This document shows positions 37,119 through 46,507 of a stretch of 64,000 nt of DNA, piece after piece. The stretch spans positions 576,001-640,000 of the forward strand of contig CAWDVE010000013.1 in assembly GCA_963805625.1 (NCBI GenBank), in the 5' to 3' direction. Made by a program: the position numbers and the translations under genes. Numbering within the stretch: the stretch's first letter is position 1; each line of letters opens with the position of its first letter. The stretch is from an uncultured Candidatus Rokubacteria bacterium. GTDB lineage: Bacteria; Methylomirabilota; Methylomirabilia; Rokubacteriales; DASRDR01. A model generated the notes under the pieces. It was not told the DNA's origin and made no database searches. It saw only the letters and a list, made by a program, of their open reading frames with translations.

Positions 37119-38779
37119 TCGGCGTCGTGGCCAGGGCTGAGGAGAGTGAGGTGGCGCGCGAGTTCTTCGAGCTGTTCAAGACGCCATGGGAGTTCTGGCG
37201 CCCCGACGGCCGCTACGACGTGCTCGTCGACACGCACGACGGCACCTCCGCGCATCGGCCTGCGCGGATTGTCTTCCTCTATGGCAGCACGGCCGGCGCG
37301 TTCGACGATCAGCGAGTACGTCACCCCGCCCCACCGCGCGAGGGTGCGACCCTCTGCTGGCGCGGTGACTGTTTTCCTGTCTACGGACGGTGCGCCCCCC
37401 TTTGGCCCGACGGTACCTCGCCCGATCTCGTCTTCCGGGACACGCGGGAGCCGGCCACCGCCGTGACGCACGCGGACGAACGCATCGTCGTGCGGATCGG
37501 CTACGATCTATTCCACGAGGTCCGCTTCCTGCTCGTCAATGGCCAACCGCGCGCGCAGGCCGGGGTCCCGACGGTCGACCGACACATCTCCCTGCTGCGA
37601 GAGTGGATCGTCCGCTCCGGCGTCCCGCTGGTCGAGATCCCGCCCGCCCCCCCGGGTCACCGCTTCATGGTCTGCCTGACCCACGACATGGACCACCCGG
37701 CGATCCGGTTCCACCGGTTCGACCACACCATGATGGGATTTCTGCACCGGGCCGTGGTCGGGTCGCTGGTCGGCGCGTGCCGGGGCCGGACGCCGCTGGC
37801 GGATCTCCGGCGCAACATCGGGGCAGCCCTGACGCTGCCCTTCGTCCATCTCGGCTGGGCCAAGGACATCTGGTCGGGGTTCGACCGCTACCTCGACATC
37901 GAGCGCGGGCTCGGCTCCACCTTCTTCGTGATCCCGTTCAAGCGGGACCCGGGCCGGACGGTCGACGGCCGGGCTCCGCGTCTGCGCGCCGCGGCCTACG
38001 GGGTGGCCGACATCGCTGACCAGGTGCGGGGCCTCGACGCGGCGGGCGCCGAGGTCGGGCTCCACGCCATTGACGCCTGGGTCGATGGCCCGCGGGCCAT
38101 CGAGGAGCGTGCGGCGATCTCGCGGGTCACGGGCACGCCCACGGCCGGAGTCCGGATGCACTGGCTCTACTTCGACGAGGGCACCCCCGGACGGCTCGAG
38201 GAGGCAGGGTTCGCGTACGACTCCACGTTCGGCTACAACGAAACGGTCGGGTTTCGCGCCGGGACTCTGCAGGCGTTCAAGCCGATGACCGTGCGACACC
38301 TCCTCGAGCTCCCGCTCCACGTCATGGACACGGCGCTCTTCTATCCCTCGCGCCTCGGCCTCACGCCGGCCGCCGCCCACGACATGGTGTTCCCGCTGGT
38401 GGATGAGGCGGAGCGCCATGGCGGGGCGCTGACCATCAACTGGCACGACCGGAGCCTTGCGCCCGAGCGTCTCTGGGGCCGGTTCTACCTCGAGCTCGTC
38501 GACGAGCTGAAGCGCCGCTCGGCGTGGTTCCCGACGGCCGCCCGGGCGGTGGCATGGTTCCGGCAGCGCCGAGCGGCTGTGCTGACCTCGCTCCGCGGCG
38601 ACGGCGGCGCACTCCGGATCGCAGCATCCGTCGCCGGGGCCGCCGAAGTACCCGGGCTGACCGTACGGGTGCACACATCGGCTCCCCTCGATGGCGCCCC
38701 AACGCCGTTGCCGCGGCGGCGGACGACCTTCACCGACCTACCGCTCCGGGACACCCTGGACGTGCACGTGGCCGTGTAG
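37115..38779 (+). CDS. Polysaccharide deacetylase-like (CE4/NodB fold) protein with an N-terminal extension
   Basis: 'CLTHDMDH', 'STFFVIP', 'EVGLH', 'RMHWL', 'YDSTFGY', 'LPLHVMD', 'INWH'. Confidence 0.72.
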   Translation: MIGVVARAEESEVAREFFELFKTPWEFWRPDGRYDVLVDTHDGTSAHRPARIVFLYGSTAGAFDDQRVRHPAPPREGATLCWRGDCFPVYGRCAPLWPDGTSPDLVFRDTREPATAVTHADERIVVRIGYDLFHEVRFLLVNGQPRAQAGVPTVDRHISLLREWIVRSGVPLVEIPPAPPGHRFMVCLTHDMDHPAIRFHRFDHTMMGFLHRAVVGSLVGACRGRTPLADLRRNIGAALTLPFVHLGWAKDIWSGFDRYLDIERGLGSTFFVIPFKRDPGRTVDGRAPRLRAAAYGVADIADQVRGLDAAGAEVGLHAIDAWVDGPRAIEERAAISRVTGTPTAGVRMHWLYFDEGTPGRLEEAGFAYDSTFGYNETVGFRAGTLQAFKPMTVRHLLELPLHVMDTALFYPSRLGLTPAAAHDMVFPLVDEAERHGGALTINWHDRSLAPERLWGRFYLELVDELKRRSAWFPTAARAVAWFRQRRAAVLTSLRGDGGALRIAASVAGAAEVPGLTVRVHTSAPLDGAPTPLPRRRTTFTDLPLRDTLDVHVAV

Positions 38780-39844
38780 ATGCTAAGCGGGGATCCTCTC
38801 GTCGTCGCGCAGATCGGGTGCGGGTACTGGGGGCCGAACCTCCTCCGGAACTTCTCCACCCTGCCGGGCTGCGAGGTGCGCTATGTCGCGGACCCGAGTC
38901 CCGCGCGCTCCGCGTTCGTGCGCGACAACTTCCCCCGGACCCGCGCCGTGGAGTCGCCCGATCTCATTTTCGAGGATCCCGATGTCGCCGGCGTGATCCT
39001 GGCGACCCCGGCCGCCACGCACTTCTCACTTGCCCGGCGTGCGCTCGAGGCCGGCAAACACGTCCTCGTCGAGAAACCGCTCGCGACGCGCGTTGCCGAG
39101 GTCGACGAGCTGGCCCGCCAGGCCGGGCTACGTGGCCTCGTCCTGATGGCCGGCCACACGTTCGTCTACAATCCGGCGGTCCGCTATGTGAAGCGGCTCA
39201 TCGACGCGGGGGAGCTCGGCGAGGTCCGCTACGTGTACAGCCAGCGCCTGAACCTCGGCCGCATCCGTTCCGACATCGACGCCCTGTGGAACTTCGCCCC
39301 GCACGACATCAGCATCATCCAGTACTGGCTGAGCGACGAGGAGCCGTCGTTCGTCTCGCGCCAGGGGATCGACTGCATCCAACCCGGCATCGACGACGTC
39401 GTCTTCCTCAACCTCGTGTACCCGAACAAGATCATGGCCAATATCCACGTGAGCTGGCTCGATCCACAGAAGGTCCGAAAGATGACCGTGGTCGGCTCCC
39501 GGAAGATGGTGGTCTACGACGACGTGGCCGACGACAAGATCGCCATCTACGACAAGGGCATCGACAGGAAGGCGGTTCTCGGCGAGCACATGGATTTCGA
39601 TCACCCGATGCGCGCGGACTTCAGCTACCGGAGCGGCGACATCCTGCTTCCGCAGGTCCACTTCGTCGAGCCGCTGCGGCTGGAAGCCGAGCACTTCCTC
39701 GATTGCATCAGGACCGGCAAGGAACCGGCAACCGGTGTCACCCATGCTCGAACGGTGGTATCGGTGCTCGAGCGCGCGGATGCGGCTCGGATGGGAGTCG
39801 ACCCTCGGTACGCTCGCGGGGGCAGGGGACCAAGCGAGCGGTGA
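38780..39844 (+). CDS. Gfo/Idh/MocA oxidoreductase (WbpB/WlbA-like sugar dehydrogenase)
   Basis: 'IGCGYWGPNLLRN', 'GKHVLVEKPL', 'GHTFVYNP', 'APHD'. Confidence 0.9.
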   Translation: MLSGDPLVVAQIGCGYWGPNLLRNFSTLPGCEVRYVADPSPARSAFVRDNFPRTRAVESPDLIFEDPDVAGVILATPAATHFSLARRALEAGKHVLVEKPLATRVAEVDELARQAGLRGLVLMAGHTFVYNPAVRYVKRLIDAGELGEVRYVYSQRLNLGRIRSDIDALWNFAPHDISIIQYWLSDEEPSFVSRQGIDCIQPGIDDVVFLNLVYPNKIMANIHVSWLDPQKVRKMTVVGSRKMVVYDDVADDKIAIYDKGIDRKAVLGEHMDFDHPMRADFSYRSGDILLPQVHFVEPLRLEAEHFLDCIRTGKEPATGVTHARTVVSVLERADAARMGVDPRYARGGRGPSER

Positions 39845-40542
39845 AGCAGAACGTCATCCTGCTCGGTAAAGGCACGTTGGCGGTCAGGATCGCCGACTGG
39901 TTCCTGGCGCAGCCCGACTACGACCTGCGTCTCCTGGTGCCGGTGGTCCCCGAGCCAAGCTGGACCGACTCGCTATCGACCTGGGCGGACTCCCACCGGG
40001 TTCCGGTCGTGCGGTCCGGACACTACAAGGACATCCCGGGTGTCCTCGGCGACACCTGGCAGATGGACATCGCCCTCTCCGTCTTCTACGACAAGATCAT
40101 CAAGGAATGGTTCATCCGGAAGTGTGCGAGGATTCTCAACTTGCACAACGGTCCGCTGCCGAGATACCGCGGCGTGTCCCCCATCAACTGGGCGCTCAAG
40201 AATGGCGAGCCATTGCATGGCGTGACCATCCACGAGATTACCCCCGGAATCGATGACGGCCCGATCTGCTCGCAGCTCCTCTACTCGATCTACCCCGAGT
40301 TCGACGAAGTGCGGGACGTGTACGCCAGGGCTCTCGAGTACGGGTGGACGCTCTTCACCCAGACGATGCCGCTGCTGCAGAAGATCACGCCGACCGCGCA
40401 GGACCATGCGCAGGCGACGTACTACACCGTGCAGCAGAATGCCCACCTCGGCGACCGGAGGGGCTTCACGCGGGCCGAGAGCGGCGCCTCCGTCAGACAC
40501 GCCGGTCACCACGACCGGGCGCCGGCGAACCCGGTGGCTTGA
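39841..40542 (+). CDS. Sugar N-formyltransferase (Fmt-like)
   Basis: GTGA overlap; 'ILNLHNGPLPRYRGVSPINWAL..GVTIHEI..GIDDGPI'. Confidence 0.88.
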   Translation: MKQNVILLGKGTLAVRIADWFLAQPDYDLRLLVPVVPEPSWTDSLSTWADSHRVPVVRSGHYKDIPGVLGDTWQMDIALSVFYDKIIKEWFIRKCARILNLHNGPLPRYRGVSPINWALKNGEPLHGVTIHEITPGIDDGPICSQLLYSIYPEFDEVRDVYARALEYGWTLFTQTMPLLQKITPTAQDHAQATYYTVQQNAHLGDRRGFTRAESGASVRHAGHHDRAPANPVA

Positions 40543-40569
40543 CGTCGGACGAGTGACCGCGAGGCCCCG

Positions 40570-41625
40570 GTGAAGACCTGCTCCGTCGTCGGAACGAGAC
40601 CGAATTTCGTGAAGGAGTACCTCGTCAACCGGGAGCTGAGGCGCCGGGGGATCAAGGAGATCCTGATCCACACGGGGCAGCACTACGACTACGAGATGTC
40701 GCAGGCCTTCTTCGACTGCTTCGAGCTGCCGGCGCCGGATCATCATCTGAACATCGCCAACCGCGACAACGTGAGTTTCTCGGCCAGCGCCATCGTGGAG
40801 CTAGCGGCGGTGTTCGACACCGAGCGGCCCGACTGCATCCTGGCGTATGGCGACGTGAACTCGACGATGGCCGCTGCCATCGCCGCCAGCAAGCTGCGCA
40901 TCCCGTTTGCCCACGTCGAGGGCGGGATCCGCACCGTCGACCGCCACAATCCCGAAGAGATCAACCGCCGGGTTTCGGATGTCCTCGCCGACGTCATCTT
41001 CTGCTGCACGACGACCGACGTGGACAATCTGAAGCGCGAGGGGTACGAATCCCATCGCATCGAGCTTTCGGGCGACCTGATGAAGGACGCGATGATCCTC
41101 ACGCTCGCGAAGCACGGGATCGAGCCGGTCCGGGGGGACTATCATGTCCTCACGCTGCATCGCCAGGAGAACCTCACGGACCGTAAGCGGCTCCACGCGA
41201 TCATCGAGGGCCTCGTCAAGGCCGAGCGACGGATCGTCTTCCCTGCCCATCCGAGAACCGTGCAGGCGCTCCAGAGCTTCGGTCTCATCGACCTGGTCCG
41301 AGGCTCGCAGATCGAGCTGTGCAAGCCAATGGGGTACGTGGATTTCGTCCGACTCGCAGCCGGAGCGGACAAGATCCTGACCGATTCCGGTGGTGTCCGC
41401 CGCGAGGCGTACCTGCTCCGCAAGCCCTGCATCGTGCTCATCGAGCTCTCCTGGTTCCCCGAGATCGCGCGAGCTGGATGGAAGGTGTTGACCCCCCCGG
41501 ATCCCGGCCGCATCGCCGACCTGATCAGGACGTTCGAGCCGAGCGGACCGCACCGGGAGCTGTTCGGAGACGGGACCGCCCACCGACAGATCGTGGACGG
41601 GTTGGTACGACGCTATGGCGGTTGA
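40570..41625 (+). CDS. wecB: UDP-N-acetylglucosamine 2-epimerase (non-hydrolysing; WecB/WbpI-like)
   Basis: 'VVGTRPNFVK', 'HTGQHYD', 'YGDVNST', 'HVEGG.R', 'TLHRQEN', 'TDSGG'. Confidence 0.92.
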   Translation: MKTCSVVGTRPNFVKEYLVNRELRRRGIKEILIHTGQHYDYEMSQAFFDCFELPAPDHHLNIANRDNVSFSASAIVELAAVFDTERPDCILAYGDVNSTMAAAIAASKLRIPFAHVEGGIRTVDRHNPEEINRRVSDVLADVIFCCTTTDVDNLKREGYESHRIELSGDLMKDAMILTLAKHGIEPVRGDYHVLTLHRQENLTDRKRLHAIIEGLVKAERRIVFPAHPRTVQALQSFGLIDLVRGSQIELCKPMGYVDFVRLAAGADKILTDSGGVRREAYLLRKPCIVLIELSWFPEIARAGWKVLTPPDPGRIADLIRTFEPSGPHRELFGDGTAHRQIVDGLVRRYGG

Positions 41626-42856
41626 GGGCGCAGGCGCGGCGAGAGTGGCCATGCTGGCCCACACGTACTACCTGGGTGACCCGCGGGTCCGCCGGGAAGC
41701 CGAGGCGTTGGCTGCCAGTGGCGTCGAGGTTCATGTCATCGGTCTCAGAGAGGAACGTGCGCGAGACGGTGTCCGTGAACCACGCCACGCTGTTATCAGC
41801 GGCGTTCACGTCCATCGGCTTCCGATCCGCCGCCGGCGCGGGGGGCCTCTTCGATATCTCTACGAGTACGTGGCGTGCGCGGTGCTGGGCGGCCTGACCC
41901 TGGCCCGACTCCACCTTCGCGGCAAGCTCAGGGTGGTCCACGTCCACAACATGCCTGATTTCCTGGTGTTTGCCGCCCTCGTTCCCCGGCTGGGTGGAAG
42001 CACGGTGATCCTGGACGTGCACGACCCGATGCCCGAGCTCTACATGAGCTGGAACCATCGGCCCGGGGGCCCTGTGGTCAGGGTTCTCCGACTCCAGGAG
42101 AGGCTCAGCCACGCCTTCGCGCATCGCATCATCTCCGTCAACGAGAGCATGAGAGCGAACCTCGAGGTCAAAGGAGTCGCGGGAGAGAAGATTCTCATCG
42201 TCAACAACTTCCCGGACGAACAGCTGTTTCCGGTCCGTGACGTTCCGAGATCCTGGCCGCGAACCCGAGAGCGCCTGGTGGTGCTGTACTGCGGGACGGT
42301 GACCGAGCACTACGATCTCGGGCTCGCCGTCAAGGCCATGGCTCGACTTGCCGGTGAGGTCCCGCTCACGCTCAAAATCCTGGGCGAAGGAAACAGACTG
42401 AAGGAGGTTCTCGATCTGGCGTCCGACCTTGGCGTCAGCAAGTCGGTCGAGCACCTCGGGCGGGTTCCGATCGACCGCGTGCGCGACGAGATGGCCAAGG
42501 CGGACGTAGGCATCTCGTGCCATCGCGCCGGCGTCTTTGGCGACCTGTATTTCTCGACGAAGATCGTCGAATACCTCACTCAAGGGCTGCCGGTCCTGTC
42601 GCCTCGGACCCACACGATCAGCAACTATTTGCCCGACGAGGCCATGTTCTACTTCGAGCCGGGCAACGAGGCCGCGCTGGCAGACAGCCTTCGCTTCATG
42701 TGGCAGAATCCCGACGAGGTCTTGTGGCGCCTGTCCCAGGCGAGAAAGCTCTTACCGAGCCTGTCCTGGCAGGCCGAAAGAGAGAAGCTGCTCTCCTTCT
42801 ACGCCGAGCTCCTCGATGGGCGGACCCGCACGGCATATGCCGGATCAGCGGGATGA
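41615..42856 (+). CDS. Glycosyltransferase family 4
   Basis: 'DPRVRREAEAL', 'HVHNMPDFLVF', 'LDVHDPMPEL', 'STKIVEY'. Confidence 0.88.
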   Translation: MAVEGAGAARVAMLAHTYYLGDPRVRREAEALAASGVEVHVIGLREERARDGVREPRHAVISGVHVHRLPIRRRRGGPLRYLYEYVACAVLGGLTLARLHLRGKLRVVHVHNMPDFLVFAALVPRLGGSTVILDVHDPMPELYMSWNHRPGGPVVRVLRLQERLSHAFAHRIISVNESMRANLEVKGVAGEKILIVNNFPDEQLFPVRDVPRSWPRTRERLVVLYCGTVTEHYDLGLAVKAMARLAGEVPLTLKILGEGNRLKEVLDLASDLGVSKSVEHLGRVPIDRVRDEMAKADVGISCHRAGVFGDLYFSTKIVEYLTQGLPVLSPRTHTISNYLPDEAMFYFEPGNEAALADSLRFMWQNPDEVLWRLSQARKLLPSLSWQAEREKLLSFYAELLDGRTRTAYAGSAG

Positions 42857-42952
42857 AGCGCCGGAGCGCAGGCCCGTCCCCTCGGCCGTCGTGGCCGGCG
42901 AGCGGCATGGCCCTCCGGGCGAGCCTCGGCACGCGTCCCGCCCTCCCCCATC

Positions 42953-43447
42953 ATGGCTGAGCCGCACGTCCTGTCCGTGGACATCGTCGACGTGCGCTTC
43001 GGCGAAAATGTCCGCGTCGTACGGCCGGTCAACCTGTACGGATGCTCGATCGGCGACGACACCTTCGTCGGACCGTTCGTCGAGATCCAGCGCAACGTGG
43101 TCATCGGAAGGCGATGCAAGATTCAGTCGCACTCCTTCGTGTGCGAGCTCGTGACGATCGGCGACGACTGCTTTATTTCGCACGGGGCGAAGTTCATCAA
43201 CGATCCGTTCAGGAACGACGGCCCGGCGCGTGGAGATCGACGCCTCTGGCGCGCCACGCGGGTGGGCCACCACGTCAGCGTCGGCACCAATGCGACGATT
43301 CTCCCGGTCGCGATCTGCGACCACGTCGTGGTCGGAGCCGGAGCCGTCGTCACGAGGGATCTGACGGAGCCCGGCATCTATGCCGGCAACCCGGCGCGCC
43401 TCCTGCGCCGCCTGCACGCCGAGACGGGAGGTCGGGCCATCTCATGA
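42953..43447 (+). CDS. Hexapeptide-repeat N-acyltransferase (WbpD/WlbB-like)
   Basis: 'NLYGCSIGDDTFVGPFVEIQ..CKIQSHSFVCE', 'GAGAVVTRD', 'YAGNPAR'. Confidence 0.9.
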   Translation: MAEPHVLSVDIVDVRFGENVRVVRPVNLYGCSIGDDTFVGPFVEIQRNVVIGRRCKIQSHSFVCELVTIGDDCFISHGAKFINDPFRNDGPARGDRRLWRATRVGHHVSVGTNATILPVAICDHVVVGAGAVVTRDLTEPGIYAGNPARLLRRLHAETGGRAIS

Positions 43448-44544
43448 GAGTCCCATTCGTCGACCTTCACGCCCAGTACCTGTCCATCCAGGACGAGATC
43501 GACGCCGCGATCCGCGCGGTGATCGCCGATTCGGCGTTCATCCGTGGCCCGCACGTGGAAGGGTTCGAGCGCGCTTGGGCGGAGACCCTCGGGGTCAAGC
43601 ATTGCGTTTCCTGCGCCAACGGCACCGACGCGCTCCTGATCGCGATGCGCGCCCTCGGCGTGAAGCCGGAAGACGAGGTCATCACCACCGCCCACACCTG
43701 GATCTCCACGTCGGCGATGATCACCCAGGCGGGCGGGCGGGTCGTGTTCTGCGATGTCGACCCGGTGACCTTCACCATCGATCCGGCGGAGATCGAAGCG
43801 CGGCTCACGCCTCGCACCGTCGGCATCATCCCCGTACATCTCTACGGGCAGCCAGCCGATATGGACCCGATCATGGTCGTCGCACGACGGCACGGGCTCT
43901 GGGTCATCGAAGATTGCTCCCAGGCTCACCTCGCCCGGTACAAGGGCCAGCTCGTGGGGACGTTCGGGAACATGGCGACGTTCTCGTTCTATCCGAGCAA
44001 GAATCTTGGCGCCTATGGCGACGCCGGATGCATCACCACCAATGACGATCGCCTGGCCGACTGGATGGCCGCCTTCGCGCGCCACGGTGGCAAGAACGAG
44101 CACTTGATGGAGGCCATCAACAGCCGGATGGATGGGCTGCAGGCGGCGATCCTCAACGCGAAGATTCCCCACTTGCCGGCGTGGATCGAGGCACGGCGCG
44201 GGGTGGCGTCGGCGTACGACCGCCTCCTGGCCGGCCTCGGTGACGTCGAGACGCCGAAGGTCGGCCCTGACCGCGACCATGTCTACCACCTCTACGTGAT
44301 TCGCACTGACCGCCGCGACGCGCTGAAGGCGCATCTCGCCGCCGCCGAGGTGGCGACGGTGCTGAACTATCCCAAGGCGCTGCCGTTCTATCCGGCCTAC
44401 GCCTATCTCGGGCACACGCCGGACGACTTCCCGGTGGCCTATCGCAATCAATCGCGCATCCTCTCGCTTCCGATCTACCCGGAGATGCCGCTCGAGATGA
44501 TCGGGTACGTGGCCGATCAGATCCGCGGCTTCTTCGCACGGTAG
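43444..44544 (+). CDS. DegT/DnrJ/EryC1/StrS sugar aminotransferase 2
   Basis: ATG at 43444 'MRVPFVDLHAQY'; 'NGTDAL', 'FSFYPSKNLGAYGDAG', 'NSRMDGLQAA'. Confidence 0.94.
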   Translation: MRVPFVDLHAQYLSIQDEIDAAIRAVIADSAFIRGPHVEGFERAWAETLGVKHCVSCANGTDALLIAMRALGVKPEDEVITTAHTWISTSAMITQAGGRVVFCDVDPVTFTIDPAEIEARLTPRTVGIIPVHLYGQPADMDPIMVVARRHGLWVIEDCSQAHLARYKGQLVGTFGNMATFSFYPSKNLGAYGDAGCITTNDDRLADWMAAFARHGGKNEHLMEAINSRMDGLQAAILNAKIPHLPAWIEARRGVASAYDRLLAGLGDVETPKVGPDRDHVYHLYVIRTDRRDALKAHLAAAEVATVLNYPKALPFYPAYAYLGHTPDDFPVAYRNQSRILSLPIYPEMPLEMIGYVADQIRGFFAR

Positions 44545-44570
44545 CCGGCGAGCCGACGCGTGGGGCCGTC

Positions 44571-45548
44571 ATGACGTCCAGATGGTGCCTGGTGACCGGA
44601 GGCGCCGGCTTCGTCGGCTCCCGTGTGATTCGCGCGCTCAACGAGCGCGGTAGCGACCGCATCGTCGTGGTCGACTCCTTCTCGCGCCGACCCGAGAAGC
44701 TGGCCGGCATGTCCGGGCTGCGCTTCGCCGACTTCCTCGACTACTTCTCGGCCGATCCCTTGGCTGTCGAGGACCTCGACCGGCGCCTTCCGCCGCTGGA
44801 GGTGATCTTCCACGTGGGCGCCTGGACCGACGTGCTCGAGACCGACGTCACGAAGATGCTGCGCTACAACTTCGAGCACTCGCGGAAGTGGCTCGAGCTG
44901 GGCCAGCTCCGCGGCGTCCCGGTCATCTACGCGTCGACCGCCGCCCTGTACGGGAAGAGTCGCGTGTGCCGAGTCGACGACCCGGGCTGCGAGCGTCCCT
45001 TCAATGCCTACGGGTACTCGAAGCTCGTGCTCGACCGCTGGGTGCGTGCGAACCTCGAGAGTTTCAAGTCATCGGTCGCCGGCTTCCGGTTCTTCAACGT
45101 GTTCGGCCCCGGTGAGGAGCACAAGGGGCACAACGCGAGCATCCCGACCCGCTTCTTCCAGTTCGTGCGAGATCGCGGGCTCATCGAGCTCTTCGACGGC
45201 GACATCCGGCGCGATTACATCCATGTCGACGATGTGGCGCGGGTCCTCATCCGGGCGTGGGAGTCAGGACACCCCTCCGGTGTCTACAACCTGGGGAGCG
45301 GCCTGGCGATTTCTCACCGGGAGATCGCCGACGGCGTCGTGGGCGTGAGCCGAGGTGCCGGCGTGCACCTCGACTCCGATCCGATCCGGACCGTGCCGAT
45401 GCCGGGCACGCTCCGGGAGCGGTTCCAGTTCCACACGCGCGCCGAAGGCGTGCTGCCGTGGGTCGCCGAGTTGACGGCGCTCCCCCTCGAGAAGATGGTC
45501 GCCTACTGGACGGATCGCTTGAGGGCGCACTCGGGATCCGAAAGATGA
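44571..45548 (+). CDS. NAD(P)-dependent epimerase, ADP-L-glycero-D-manno-heptose 6-epimerase (HldD/RfaD)-like
   Basis: TGGAGFVGS, 'ALNERG', 'PFNAYGYSK', 'FFNVFGPGEEHKG..AS', 'RDYIHVDD'. Confidence 0.82.
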   Translation: MTSRWCLVTGGAGFVGSRVIRALNERGSDRIVVVDSFSRRPEKLAGMSGLRFADFLDYFSADPLAVEDLDRRLPPLEVIFHVGAWTDVLETDVTKMLRYNFEHSRKWLELGQLRGVPVIYASTAALYGKSRVCRVDDPGCERPFNAYGYSKLVLDRWVRANLESFKSSVAGFRFFNVFGPGEEHKGHNASIPTRFFQFVRDRGLIELFDGDIRRDYIHVDDVARVLIRAWESGHPSGVYNLGSGLAISHREIADGVVGVSRGAGVHLDSDPIRTVPMPGTLRERFQFHTRAEGVLPWVAELTALPLEKMVAYWTDRLRAHSGSER

Positions 45549-46507
45549 CGGACCGTCATCCGCTGTTATGCATCCTCGTCACGCCGGCCCGGAACGAAGC
45601 GGCCTTCATCGAGAAGACCATCCAGTCGATGGTGAGCCAGACGGTCCACCCGACCCGATGGGTCATCGTCAACGACGGGTCCACGGACGACACCGGAAAG
45701 ATCGCTCGTCGCTATGCGACGGCTCACGACTGGATCGACGTGATCGACATGCCCGAGCACAGGGACCGCAGCTTTGCGGCCAAGGCCCAGTGCTTTGCCG
45801 CAGGCTACACTCGGGTCAAGACGATCGACCACGACATCGTGGGCAACGTCGACGCCGACATCTCGTTCGAGAAGGACCATTTGGCCTTCTTGCTGCAGCG
45901 GTTCGCTGAGGACCCCGGGCTCGGTGTCGCCGGCACGATCTTCAAAGAGGCCAACGGATACAGCTCCGAGACCGACAGCTACGAAGGCCACACTCACGTG
46001 TCCGGACAGTTCCAGCTCTTCCGGCGCCAGTGCTTCGAGGACGTGCGCGGCTACGTCCCGAACAAGGCCGGTGGTATCGACTGGATGGCCGTGATCACGG
46101 CTCGCATGAAGGGGTGGAAGACTCGCTCATTCCGGGAGAAGTGCTTCTTCCACCACCGTAGCCTCGGGACGGCGGACCGAAACGGGCTCAGTGCGAGGTT
46201 TACCTACGGCGAGCGCGACTATTACATCGGTGGGCATCCGGTCTGGGAGCTGTTCCGTGTCGCGTACCAGATGACGAAGCGGCCCTACGTCGTGGGCGGC
46301 CTCAGCATCGGGCTCGGCTACGCGTGGGGCGCGCTGAGACGCACGAAGCGGCCAGTCTCGGATGACTTCGTGCGCTTCCACCGCGGCGAGCAGATGCAGA
46401 AGCTTGCAGTCATCCTGAAATCACTGCTCAGGCTCAAGCGGATCGACAAGTTCCAGGTCATCCCAGTTGGTGCGGACACTCAGGTGGAGCGGCGGCGCCG
46501 GACATGA
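45545..46507 (+). CDS. Glycosyltransferase family 2
   Basis: 'VTPARNEAAFIEKTIQS..WVIVNDGSTD', 'GNVDADI'. Confidence 0.9.
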   Translation: MTDRHPLLCILVTPARNEAAFIEKTIQSMVSQTVHPTRWVIVNDGSTDDTGKIARRYATAHDWIDVIDMPEHRDRSFAAKAQCFAAGYTRVKTIDHDIVGNVDADISFEKDHLAFLLQRFAEDPGLGVAGTIFKEANGYSSETDSYEGHTHVSGQFQLFRRQCFEDVRGYVPNKAGGIDWMAVITARMKGWKTRSFREKCFFHHRSLGTADRNGLSARFTYGERDYYIGGHPVWELFRVAYQMTKRPYVVGGLSIGLGYAWGALRRTKRPVSDDFVRFHRGEQMQKLAVILKSLLRLKRIDKFQVIPVGADTQVERRRRT

